Below, in pieces: positions 1 through 8,793 of a stretch of DNA of 64,000 nt. Positions within the stretch are counted from its first letter, which is position 1; each line of letters starts with the position of its first letter. Source of the DNA: Patescibacteria group bacterium (GTDB lineage Bacteria; Patescibacteriota; WWE3; UBA101185; UBA10185); contig JAFGOI010000008.1 of assembly GCA_016926555.1 (NCBI GenBank), positions 12,821 through 76,820 on the forward strand. Direction: 5' to 3'. A program made the translations under genes and the position numbers. The notes under the pieces were generated by a model that was given only the letters and a program-made list of their open reading frames with translations, was not told the origin of the DNA and made no database searches.

Positions 1-418
1 AAACAAACCCATGCGGAGAAACGGGAGATGTTTGACCTGTTGTCAAAGCATACAAACCATTATCATGAATTACAATTGTTATATCGTGATTTCTTCGACA
101 AGCGTGAATAAAATGATTGCCTCCTTCACCTAAACAATCCCCATCACCCGTAAACGCGAAAACATTTAGCTTGTGGTCTGATAACTTTATGCCTGTGGCA
201 ACTGGTATGGGCCTGCCATGCAGCCCTTCAAGAGAGGTAATTTTTGTAAAATTAACTATGTGCCCGTGACATCCTATTCCCGCGGCCAAAGCTGTGTTTG
301 TATTATCCCAGCCCTCTTGAACTGCTGCATTTTTAAACGCCGCCCATAAGGACATATTTCCGCAGCCTGGGCACCAATTTGGAGTGTATGGAGTTGCTAA
401 TTCGCTCAAAGTGGTCAT
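1..418 (-). CDS. 2-oxoacid:ferredoxin oxidoreductase beta subunit (TPP-binding). Partial: the gene starts at 418 and runs off the window edge.
   Basis: Minus-strand translation MTTLSELATPYTPNWCPGCGNMS...GIGCHG...FTGDGD matches the OFOR beta TPP-binding N-terminus. Its ATG overlaps the korA stop (ATGA). Confidence 0.8.
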   Translation of the reverse strand, partial: MTTLSELATPYTPNWCPGCGNMSLWAAFKNAAVQEGWDNTNTALAAGIGCHGHIVNFTKITSLEGLHGRPIPVATGIKLSDHKLNVFAFTGDGDCLGEGGNHFIHACRRNHDITIVIHDNGLYALTTGQTSPVSPHGFV

Positions 419-2151
419 TTTTTACCTCCTAATATACTATCAATTTTTTGCTGTATTTCATGAGTGTAAAACGGTCTTCCGTCATATTTAAGCAGTTTGT
501 CTTTTACCTCAATACCTGTTTTTTCTTTTACTAAACCTAAAAATTGCGCGCTAAAACTCGCTTCAACCCCTAAAACGTGCTTCGACTCCTCAAGCACTTT
601 CTTTATCTGCCCAGTTGGAAACGGATTCATCCAGGTTATATGCAAATAATTAACATTCTCATGCTCTTTTATGGCCTGCAGAATGCTGCCTTTATTGCTT
701 CCCCAAGAAATTATTGTCACATCAGCATCTTTTGATCCATACAGAGTTTGTGGAGGCATATCAGTACTAGCGCATGTCTCCAACTTTTTCATTCTCTTAT
801 TCATTTGGCTATTTCTGTTATCAATTTCCTCGGAAGAATAGCCGTATTCGTTATGTTCGTCAGAATTCGCGATAAAGAAATTACCAACACCCGGAATACT
901 TCGTATGGAAATACCGTCTGCAGATAGTTCGTACCTTTTATAATCTTCTATTTTATCCACTGAAAACTTACCGCGGTCTACAACATACTCTTTTGAATCA
1001 AAAATCGGATAACTCTGATCGTTTTCGCATATGTTTTTATCTATCAGTAAAACAACGGTTGTTTGGTACCTTTCGGCCAAATTAAACGCTGCTAAAGTTA
1101 AATAATAAGCTTCCTGAGGATCTCCCGCGGCAAGAACAATACGCGGGAAATCACCTTGATGCATATGTAAAACCATTCTAAGGTCGCCCTGCTCGCTCCA
1201 AGTGGGAAGACCCGTTCCCGGGCCGCCGCGCATACCCTCAACAATAACGAGCGGAACTTCAGCTATACCTGCAAGACCGTAACCTTCCCCCATTAAACAG
1301 AAACCTCCTCCAGACGTCGCCGTCATAGCTCTCGCACCTGCAAATGATGCGCCGATAGACATGTTTATCGCTGAAATTTCATCTTCCGGTTGTTTGTATA
1401 CATAACCGTATTCTTCTTGATACTTTGCTAACACGTGCAAAATGTTAGAAATCGGAGACATGGGATAAATAGCGGCAAATTGGAGACCCGCTCGGATAGC
1501 TCCCAAAGCAACGGCCTCATTTCCGTTTATAAGTATTCTATCTTTTGTTTCATTTAAACTTTGAACATGTTTTAGTTTATCTGTAAGATCATCTTTATAT
1601 TTATCCAACACAAAACTGTATCCTTTTTCCGCCGCATCCTGGTTTAATTTAATTACGTTTTCGCCTTTATCTTCAAACTCTTCTTTTAATAGGACCTTCA
1701 ACACTTCTATGTCACCACTCTTTAACCCAATAAGCGCCCCTAAAGCAACCGTGTTTATATGCAGTTCAGATCCCCCGCATTCTCTAGCGAGATCTAAAAG
1801 GGGCAGGGGATACTTAGAAACATTTTCCGGCAATTTGGATAGGTCCAGATTTGTTTCGCTGTCGTACAAAACAGATGAGTTTTCTTTATACTCATCCAAA
1901 TGAAAATCAATCGAATCCTGATTAAGCGCAATCAGAAAATCTATTTTATAGCTGGGACCGGTCACTTCATCTAACGAGATATTTATCTGCATAACATTGT
2001 GGCCCCCGCGTATAATTGACGGATATTCTATATAATTAAAAACATTGTACCCGGATCTTTTAGCAAATTTAGCCAGCAAAATCCCCGAGGATTTTATTCC
2101 TTGCCCCGCTTGACCGGCAATTTTTATTGTTAGTACCTCTTGCTTGCTCAT
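415..2151 (-). CDS. 2-oxoacid:ferredoxin oxidoreductase alpha subunit (fused gamma-alpha type, KorA/PorA-like).
   Basis: 578 aa. N-terminus IKIAGQAGQGIKSSGILLAKF is gamma-domain-like, followed by the alpha domain. Operon arrangement with the downstream beta subunit. Ends in TGA. Confidence 0.85.
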   Translation of the reverse strand: MSKQEVLTIKIAGQAGQGIKSSGILLAKFAKRSGYNVFNYIEYPSIIRGGHNVMQINISLDEVTGPSYKIDFLIALNQDSIDFHLDEYKENSSVLYDSETNLDLSKLPENVSKYPLPLLDLARECGGSELHINTVALGALIGLKSGDIEVLKVLLKEEFEDKGENVIKLNQDAAEKGYSFVLDKYKDDLTDKLKHVQSLNETKDRILINGNEAVALGAIRAGLQFAAIYPMSPISNILHVLAKYQEEYGYVYKQPEDEISAINMSIGASFAGARAMTATSGGGFCLMGEGYGLAGIAEVPLVIVEGMRGGPGTGLPTWSEQGDLRMVLHMHQGDFPRIVLAAGDPQEAYYLTLAAFNLAERYQTTVVLLIDKNICENDQSYPIFDSKEYVVDRGKFSVDKIEDYKRYELSADGISIRSIPGVGNFFIANSDEHNEYGYSSEEIDNRNSQMNKRMKKLETCASTDMPPQTLYGSKDADVTIISWGSNKGSILQAIKEHENVNYLHITWMNPFPTGQIKKVLEESKHVLGVEASFSAQFLGLVKEKTGIEVKDKLLKYDGRPFYTHEIQQKIDSILGGKK

Positions 2152-5027
2152 ACAAATTTCTCCGTATAGATTCTTTCTTCAGGACAACCATTCGCTATTA
2201 ATACATCCGTGGCATCCTTAACCATATACTTGTTTCCGCATAAATACGCGGAAACCTTTGAAGCATCTTTATAATCTTTCTTTACTAGATCAGTAATGAA
2301 ACCCTGATGGCCTTTCCATCCCTCATTCGGTTTAAAAACGGCTATATCATATTTAAAGTTCGGATACTCATTCTTTAAGGAATCCAGATAATCCGTCCAA
2401 AAAATGTCCTCGACAAAATTCAGACCTATATATAAATGTATCGTACCTTTAAATTTATGTTCTTTTAGCGCGGATTCAATCATACACCTAAGTGGGCTGA
2501 CACCCGATCCTGTACCCAAAAACAAAAGTGTTTCTGCGTCGTCCTCCGGTTTATACGTAAACACACCAAAGGGTCCTAAAAATGTTATTTTGTCGTTTAC
2601 TTTGAGATTTTCAAAAAACTTTGAACCGGGCCCTCCAGGTTTTGTATCTACCAATAAAGAAAACTGTTTTGTATCCACATGAGAAGCCACCGAATAACAC
2701 CTTATTGTGTTTTCGGCCACTTTAACACTTATATACTGGCCCGGATTAAATTCAAATGGTTCATCCGGAATAAAATCATATGAGTGATATGTTGTTGCTA
2801 AGACAGCGTGCCGTGAAGTCTTTGCCGTTAAAAACTGCGGTTTTTTAGCTTTCTGCGCATGTTCACCCTCTTTTAGTATAACTTTTGTGTCTACAGCCCA
2901 AACAGTATCTAAAGTAACTATAACAGGGTTAATCTCAATAGATTCCGCCTCCGGTATCATTTCGGACAGTTTAGATACTTTCACTATCAATTCGCATAGT
3001 TCGTTTAATTCATAAGGAGGACTTCCTCTGTAACCTTTGAGCAAAGTGTAAACTTTAGAATTTTCGACGAGTTTTTTTGCCGTTGGAATATCTATAGGCA
3101 GTAAATGAAGATTTCTATCTACTATCAATTCGGCCAAACTTCCCCCGGCGCCAAATAACAGCACACTCCCGAATACCGGATCCCTTTTGAACCCGACTAT
3201 AACCTCTATTCCGTTTAATATCTCCTTCTGAATCTGGATTTTTATACCCGATTTAATATTTTCGTCAAATTCTTCTATCCTCTTTTGAAGCTTATCCCAA
3301 GAGGACTCCAATTGCGCTTCGTTCATAATATCAACAATAACCCCGCCTAATTCTTTCTTGTGCACAATCTGATTTGACGAAAGCTTTAAAACCATCGGCC
3401 AGCCATTTATTTTTGAAAACTCTAAAGCCTCCTCAAACGTGTTTACTATTGATGTTGGCGGTGTTAGAAGCCCAAGAGAAACTGATATATTGTTAGAAGC
3501 TATTGCATCTAACGCTTTTACTTTTTTCGAGAGCGCTTCATTTACTATTTTTTTCATTCTTGTATCATCTGCTTCTATTTCAAAAGCCTCACTTATACTT
3601 ATCTTTTGCTTTTCAATCTGCATCTGTCTAAATCTCCACATTGAAGAAATAGCTTTTACAGCGCGTTCCGGATACCTGAAATTAGGTATTTTGTGTTTAT
3701 TTAAAATCTCTTCCCCTTTGTTAACATGGCTTCCCCCTATAAAAGAGCAGAAAATGGGTTTCTTATATTCCGCCGATAAATTACCTATGTACTCAGCGGT
3801 TTGTTCTATTTGGGTCATTAATTGAGGGGTTAATATAAAAATCAGCGCGTCAACTTTATCCGTTTCCAAAATTACTTCCGCCGCTTTCAGATATCTATCC
3901 GCTAAAGCATCACCCAAAACATCGACCGGATTTACTATATTGGCAGTTCTTGGAAGTATCTCTGCTAGTTTATTCCTTGTTTCATCCGATAACTCAGGCA
4001 GCTGCAGACCTTCAAGAACTGCGGCATCTGTGCTGATTACGGCAGGACCTCCTGCGTTTGAAATTATGTGCACATTTGGTCCCTCCGGTAGATTTTCCCA
4101 CGCAAACGCCTTTGAAAGGTCGAATAAATCCTCGAGTGTGTCGCATCTAAAAACACCGGCTTGTTTAACTACTACATCCATTACTGCGTCTTCCCCCGCG
4201 ATTGAACCTGTGTGAGATTGCATAGCTGTTGAAGATTCCCGAGTTTTTCCAGGTTTTAGAAGCAAAATAGGATCTCTATTAGATATTTCGCTGCAGATCT
4301 GTAAGAATTTCTCGCCGTCAGTTATCGATTCCAGATACATTCCAATGGGCGAGACACTGGATAGGCCATCAAATTCTGTATCACTACTTGAAACAGCATT
4401 ATTTTTATCTGGCGCGCGCATAAAATACTCTAGAGCATCATTCTCGCTTAGCACAGCTTTGTTTCCCAAGGTAATAAACTCACTATAGCCAATTCCATTT
4501 GTTTCACACCAATCAAATATACTCGAAGCTAATGCCCCTGACTGAGAAATAAACCTTAGGTTTCCCGTTTTTTCATAAATGTCCGAGAAAGTAGTATTTA
4601 AAGAGCATTTGTTATTTACAAATCCAAGACAATTTGGTCCTAAAACGTTTAAATCGTACTTCTTTGAGATCTCAACTAATTCATTTTCCAGTTCCAGCCC
4701 CGCTTCACCAATCTCTTTAAATCCTGCGGCAAGCACAACAACATTTTTTATTCCCTTTTCTCCAATCTCTTTAAGAACTCCGTTCACGGCACTCGCGGGA
4801 ACTGCTAAAACAGCTAAATCGGGTATTTCAGCAATCTCAGACACATTTTTATAGCACTTTAAGTTCAATATGCTTTCAGAAGAAGGATTTACCGGGTATA
4901 CATTTCCCTTAAAATTGGATTCTGCTATATTTTTAAGTACTATGTGCCCAATCTTTTGAGTATTACTTGACGCGCCTACAACAGCAACAGATTTTGGACA
5001 GAAAAAATCTTCTAGATTACTGGGCAT
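2148..5027 (-). CDS. Acetyl-CoA synthetase (ADP-forming, fused alpha/beta) with a C-terminal ferredoxin-NADP reductase-like FAD/NAD(P)-binding domain (about 2151-2830).
   Basis: N-terminal CoA-binding region VAVVGAS..GPNCLGF plus ATP-grasp regions. The C-terminal ~225 aa carry RxYS (RCYSVAS), GGxxS (GGPGSKF), GTGxxP (GTGSGVSP) and a CG (YLCGNKYM) motif typical of FNR-like reductases. Overlaps the korA start by 4 bp. Confidence 0.75.
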   Translation of the reverse strand: MPSNLEDFFCPKSVAVVGASSNTQKIGHIVLKNIAESNFKGNVYPVNPSSESILNLKCYKNVSEIAEIPDLAVLAVPASAVNGVLKEIGEKGIKNVVVLAAGFKEIGEAGLELENELVEISKKYDLNVLGPNCLGFVNNKCSLNTTFSDIYEKTGNLRFISQSGALASSIFDWCETNGIGYSEFITLGNKAVLSENDALEYFMRAPDKNNAVSSSDTEFDGLSSVSPIGMYLESITDGEKFLQICSEISNRDPILLLKPGKTRESSTAMQSHTGSIAGEDAVMDVVVKQAGVFRCDTLEDLFDLSKAFAWENLPEGPNVHIISNAGGPAVISTDAAVLEGLQLPELSDETRNKLAEILPRTANIVNPVDVLGDALADRYLKAAEVILETDKVDALIFILTPQLMTQIEQTAEYIGNLSAEYKKPIFCSFIGGSHVNKGEEILNKHKIPNFRYPERAVKAISSMWRFRQMQIEKQKISISEAFEIEADDTRMKKIVNEALSKKVKALDAIASNNISVSLGLLTPPTSIVNTFEEALEFSKINGWPMVLKLSSNQIVHKKELGGVIVDIMNEAQLESSWDKLQKRIEEFDENIKSGIKIQIQKEILNGIEVIVGFKRDPVFGSVLLFGAGGSLAELIVDRNLHLLPIDIPTAKKLVENSKVYTLLKGYRGSPPYELNELCELIVKVSKLSEMIPEAESIEINPVIVTLDTVWAVDTKVILKEGEHAQKAKKPQFLTAKTSRHAVLATTYHSYDFIPDEPFEFNPGQYISVKVAENTIRCYSVASHVDTKQFSLLVDTKPGGPGSKFFENLKVNDKITFLGPFGVFTYKPEDDAETLLFLGTGSGVSPLRCMIESALKEHKFKGTIHLYIGLNFVEDIFWTDYLDSLKNEYPNFKYDIAVFKPNEGWKGHQGFITDLVKKDYKDASKVSAYLCGNKYMVKDATDVLIANGCPEERIYTEKFV

Positions 5028-5133
5028 AAGTTCAGTCTAATTAAGTTTTTATACTGTGTCAAAGACAAGTACAAAAATGTTTTTTACACCTTTCGCACAC
5101 TTTTATAAATAAGAGAAAATTCTAAGATATAAT

Positions 5134-5478
5134 TTGTATATGAATATAGTATCCGGCATCGATATGGTTTATATTGAAGAATTCGGGGAACAGCTTAAAT
5201 TATCCGAAGATAATTTTGTAAAAAGATGTTTCACGACAAAGGAGCAGAATATAAAGGAAACCAAGACGTTAGCGGGAATATTTGCAGTAAAAGAATCCGT
5301 AATAAAAGCTTATTCTCTGGCACCGGGTAGTTGGTTGAATATAGAGGTTGATAACAGGAACAGCGGAAAACCTTATGTAACAATTAAAAATATAGACGAA
5401 AAGGTCTTATCTCAAGACGTGAGTATATCTCACTCTAAAGATTACGTAATAGCTTCATATACTGCTTTGATAGAATAA
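5134..5478 (+). CDS. acpS: Holo-[acyl-carrier-protein] synthase (4'-phosphopantetheinyl transferase, AcpS type).
   Basis: 114 aa. GIDMVYIEEF...FAVKESVIKA...ISISHSKDYVIA matches the AcpS pattern. Confidence 0.7.
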   Translation: MYMNIVSGIDMVYIEEFGEQLKLSEDNFVKRCFTTKEQNIKETKTLAGIFAVKESVIKAYSLAPGSWLNIEVDNRNSGKPYVTIKNIDEKVLSQDVSISHSKDYVIASYTALIE

Positions 5479-5482
5479 AATA

Positions 5483-7975
5483 ATGTACAAAGATTTTACA
5501 CACTTTCTTAAAGATTTGACGGATCGTTTCGATGACAAAACAGCCCTTTATATAAGACGTATTTTTAAGATAGAAAGAATTACATACAGACAATTACACG
5601 AAAATGTAAAGAAACTCGGAATATTTTTTAAAAATAGCGACGTAAAAGCGGGGGATAGAGTGCTCATATGGGGCCCTAATATACCTGAATGGGTAGTTGC
5701 TCTTTTAGGCTGTTTTTACCATGGAGTAATTGTAGTACCAGTAAATGTACACACATCGCAGGCGACATTCGAAAAATACTTCGCCGAAACGGAGGCCAAG
5801 TTAATTTTCATATCAAAGTCTATCCCCAAACTACCCGAACAATACAAAGAAAAAATCTTTTATCTGGAAGATCTTTTGAACATTATTAGAGATTTAGATG
5901 AACAAGAGAGTTTTGACCAAAATGAAGATGAAGTAATAGAAATAGTATACACATCTGGCACAACGGGAGAACCGAAAGGTCTAATGATTACACATAGAAA
6001 CATTTTTTCAGAACTTGATAGCCTGTGGGATATTGCTCCCAGAGATCCGGATTATAGACTGTTATCACTACTGCCTTTAAGTCATGTTATGGAGCAGGTA
6101 ATAGGTTTAATTCTCCCACTATCTCTCGGCGGAACTATATATTATTTACCAAAAATAAACACTGTGACTATAAGCAAAGCACTTAATAAATATAAAATAT
6201 CTTATCTTGGCGTAGTTCCTCAAATGCTTAGGATTCTTTTAGATTCCATAGAAAACGAGGTTGAAAAACAGGGAATCGAAAAAGAATTTAAGAAAATGTT
6301 GGAAATATCAGAAAGACTACCTTTCTTTTTGAGGAAATACATTTTTAGAAAAGTTCACAGAAAATTTGGCGGCCACTTAAAAATGATGATGTGCGGAAGC
6401 GCCCCTTTGCCGCCAAAACTCGGTCAGACATGGGAAAATATGGGTTTTAAAGTTATTGAGGGATATGGCGCGTCTGAAACTTCCGCTGCCGCAACGTGCA
6501 ATACAGTAAATAAGCGAGTTTTTGGAACAGTAGGAAAACCCATGAGGTGTAACGATGTAAAAATAATAGAAGACGGGGAAGTGGTAATAAAAGGATCTAA
6601 TGTCACTCCAGGTTACTTTAAAAATCCTGAAAAAACTAAAGAATCTTTTACAGAAGATGGCTATTTTAAAACAGGCGATATTGGTTATTTTGATGAAAAC
6701 GGATACTTACGGCTTTCGGGAAGGACAAAATTTAGAATTGTTACACCCGCAGGCGAAAAAGTGTATCCGGAAGATCTAGAAGTCAAACTAAACTCACATG
6801 GCGATATTTGGGATAACTGTGTAATAGGTATACCTGTAGAGGGCGGGGAAGAGGTCTATGCGGTTGTAATAACAAAAGAAGGTGCTAATTTAGATAAAGT
6901 TATTGAAGAAGTAAATAATAATTTAGAAGCGCATCAGAAAATAAGACAATATAGTAAATGGGAGGAAAAGGATTTTCCAAGACTACACACATTAAAAGTT
7001 GATAGAAAAGCCGTAAAAGAGAGAATTTTAGAGAACAAACCCCAAACGCCAGAAAATATCCCGAATAAAAAAGCTGATAACGATAATGAATTGAAAGATA
7101 TCATTTCATTAGTATGTAAAGTAAACCCCGCAGAGATAGGTAAAAATAAGGTACTTACCAAGGATTTTCACCTGGATTCCTTAAGGAGAGTCGCGCTCGT
7201 TTCCTTAATAGAAGAAGAATACGGGGTCATTGTAGAAGAAAGTGATATCACGCAAGATACCACTGTAAGTGATCTAGAAAAACTCATTAAAATTGGCAAA
7301 AAACGTGTAGATTTTACGCTACCGGCAGAGTGGCCTCTTAATCCTTTTTTGTTTAAAATTAGGGATTTTCTAAGAAATTTGATAGTAACACCAATACAAA
7401 ACTATTACATTACCGATTTAAAAGTAGAGGGTATTGAAAACCTTAAAGGCTTAAAACCACCTTTAATAATAGTATTTAACCATATAGGTCACTACGACCA
7501 TGCCCTAATATATAGAATATTGCCAAAAGAACTAAGATTAAAACTCACTGGTTTGGCTGACAAAGAGCTGTATAGAACTAAATTTAAAGCATTTTTACAG
7601 TATTTCTTCGGTGGTGCTTATCCCGTGGATAAATATGGAGGCCCGGTTAGAAAGTCCCTTGAATTGGCTACAGATCTATTAGATAGGGGATTCGTTTTAT
7701 TACTATCACCAGAAGGGGAAATAAGTTATAGCGAAAAAATGCTTGAATTCAAAAAAGGCGTTGGCATGCTGGCGGTTGAAACCGGCGTTCCTGTTTTACC
7801 TATAAGAATAAAGGGTTACCACAAGATTTATAAAAAGAGACACGAATGGCCGTTTTTGCCGCCGGATGGAAGGGGTGAGGTTACTGTTGTTATTGGAAAA
7901 TCACGTACTTTTGAAAAAGGTACTACTTACGATAAATCTACTAAAATCATAAGAGATATACTCGAAGAATTGTAG
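5483..7975 (+). CDS. Tri-domain fusion: acyl-AMP/acyl-CoA ligase (AMP-binding), acyl carrier domain, and 1-acylglycerol-3-phosphate acyltransferase (PlsC-like). Aas-like lysophospholipid acylation enzyme.
   Basis: AMP-binding motif YTSGTTGEPKG in the N-terminal half. Carrier-domain motif DFHLDSL with the serine at 7178-7180. PlsC HX4D motif NHIGHYDH at 7481-7498 and a PEGE motif in the C-terminal part. Confidence 0.8.
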   Translation: MYKDFTHFLKDLTDRFDDKTALYIRRIFKIERITYRQLHENVKKLGIFFKNSDVKAGDRVLIWGPNIPEWVVALLGCFYHGVIVVPVNVHTSQATFEKYFAETEAKLIFISKSIPKLPEQYKEKIFYLEDLLNIIRDLDEQESFDQNEDEVIEIVYTSGTTGEPKGLMITHRNIFSELDSLWDIAPRDPDYRLLSLLPLSHVMEQVIGLILPLSLGGTIYYLPKINTVTISKALNKYKISYLGVVPQMLRILLDSIENEVEKQGIEKEFKKMLEISERLPFFLRKYIFRKVHRKFGGHLKMMMCGSAPLPPKLGQTWENMGFKVIEGYGASETSAAATCNTVNKRVFGTVGKPMRCNDVKIIEDGEVVIKGSNVTPGYFKNPEKTKESFTEDGYFKTGDIGYFDENGYLRLSGRTKFRIVTPAGEKVYPEDLEVKLNSHGDIWDNCVIGIPVEGGEEVYAVVITKEGANLDKVIEEVNNNLEAHQKIRQYSKWEEKDFPRLHTLKVDRKAVKERILENKPQTPENIPNKKADNDNELKDIISLVCKVNPAEIGKNKVLTKDFHLDSLRRVALVSLIEEEYGVIVEESDITQDTTVSDLEKLIKIGKKRVDFTLPAEWPLNPFLFKIRDFLRNLIVTPIQNYYITDLKVEGIENLKGLKPPLIIVFNHIGHYDHALIYRILPKELRLKLTGLADKELYRTKFKAFLQYFFGGAYPVDKYGGPVRKSLELATDLLDRGFVLLLSPEGEISYSEKMLEFKKGVGMLAVETGVPVLPIRIKGYHKIYKKRHEWPFLPPDGRGEVTVVIGKSRTFEKGTTYDKSTKIIRDILEEL

Positions 7976-8015
7976 CATATTGCTTTTATTACAATAAAAT
8001 ATCAGATTATCTGAT

Positions 8016-8044
8016 TTGACTATCGCAGTAACCTATAGTATAAT
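8016..8044 (+). promoter_or_regulatory. Near-consensus sigma70-type promoter (TTGACT-17 bp-TATAAT), preceded by a small palindrome ATCAGAT-T-ATCTGAT at 8001-8015.
   Basis: Read directly: TTGACT at 8016-8021, a 17-nt spacer, then TATAAT at 8039-8044. AGGAGG lies 7 nt before the ATG at 8091. Confidence 0.5.
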
Positions 8045-8090
8045 ATGCCCGTTGACATTTAATATCCACATAACAAAACAGGAGGTAAAA

Positions 8091-8588
8091 ATGACTGCAG
8101 TAATAAGAAGAGGGCTAGTAGGTTTGGGTTTCATTTTTATAGGGGCCTTAATGGGCATGTACTTAGTGCTACAGACGCTGGGGACGTCGTCGTATATCCC
8201 GGTGTCCCAGGGACACCACGGGACACATGACGTCGGTACCGATCCAGCGGCTACGGCCAGGTTTAACCACCTGGTCAATAGCTGGAACGTAGCAAATTTC
8301 AGTAATCCTGAGGATCCAAACAAGATCAACAGGATAGTTTGCTACGTTGTGAAAGAAGGTTCCAAGATAGCCAGGTACGTGGCCTGGCACGGAACCAGAG
8401 TTTCCTCACTGGGCACCCAGTATGGAAACTTAAACTGGTGGCAGCTCGGTGAGGAGGGGTGGGAAGCCTATTCATATGACGACATGAATTTTAGTCGTCT
8501 GGGACTCCCAAAAGATCTTGATCCCCAGCGATTTTCCTGGGAGAACGTTAATTGTGACAGTATGTATCCTCCGGGGGTTTCTCCCTAG
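8091..8588 (+). CDS. Hypothetical signal-anchored or secreted protein (165 aa) with strongly atypical GC content (about 55-60%).
   Basis: Strong Shine-Dalgarno AGGAGG before the ATG at 8091. An N-terminal hydrophobic segment is followed by a soluble domain. GC sampled at 8161-8220 is 60% and at 8341-8400 is 55%, against about 33% in flanking genes. The track ORF starting at 8016 uses TTG inside the promoter and is rejected. Confidence 0.55.
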   Translation: MTAVIRRGLVGLGFIFIGALMGMYLVLQTLGTSSYIPVSQGHHGTHDVGTDPAATARFNHLVNSWNVANFSNPEDPNKINRIVCYVVKEGSKIARYVAWHGTRVSSLGTQYGNLNWWQLGEEGWEAYSYDDMNFSRLGLPKDLDPQRFSWENVNCDSMYPPGVSP

Positions 8589-8617
8589 AAACCCCGATAT
8601 ATACATACTGCCAAATC

Positions 8618-8692
8618 CTCCCCATTCCCTGCTTAGAGCACAAACATTTTGATGAAAATCAGGTGTTAGTGTAAAGAGCAGGGAATGGGGAG
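8618..8692. other. GC-rich perfect 16-bp stem-loop (CTCCCCATTCCCTGCT ... AGCAGGGAATGGGGAG) with a 43-nt loop, between convergent genes.
   Basis: The exact reverse-complement arms are at 8618-8633 and 8677-8692. No U-tract follows on either strand, so it is not a canonical intrinsic terminator. Confidence 0.5.
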
Positions 8693-8793
8693 ATGACAAA
8701 CTCAAAATCTTATTTCTCCAAGAATCAAAATACAATTTCAGCTATAAAAATAGGAAAAACAAATAGTATATAAAAAACTTTACAAAACGAAAT

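Noticed and set aside
415-418. Possible TGA recoding (code 25).
   Set aside because: korA terminates at TGA and overlaps the korB ATG (ATGA). Other genes also end in TGA, so the standard code 11 applies.
1709-4854. Antisense small ORFs inside korA and the ACD gene (1709-1903, 2404-2682, 3439-3825, 3940-4215, 4579-4854).
   Set aside because: They are embedded antisense in well-supported long genes and have low-complexity translations.
8016-8090. Track ORF start at 8016 (TTG) for the high-GC gene.
   Set aside because: The TTG is the -35 hexamer of a consensus promoter. AGGAGG plus the ATG at 8091 is the evident start.
8618-8692. GC-rich 16-bp hairpin as an intrinsic terminator.
   Set aside because: No U-tract follows on either strand, so it is kept as a generic stem-loop and not called a terminator.
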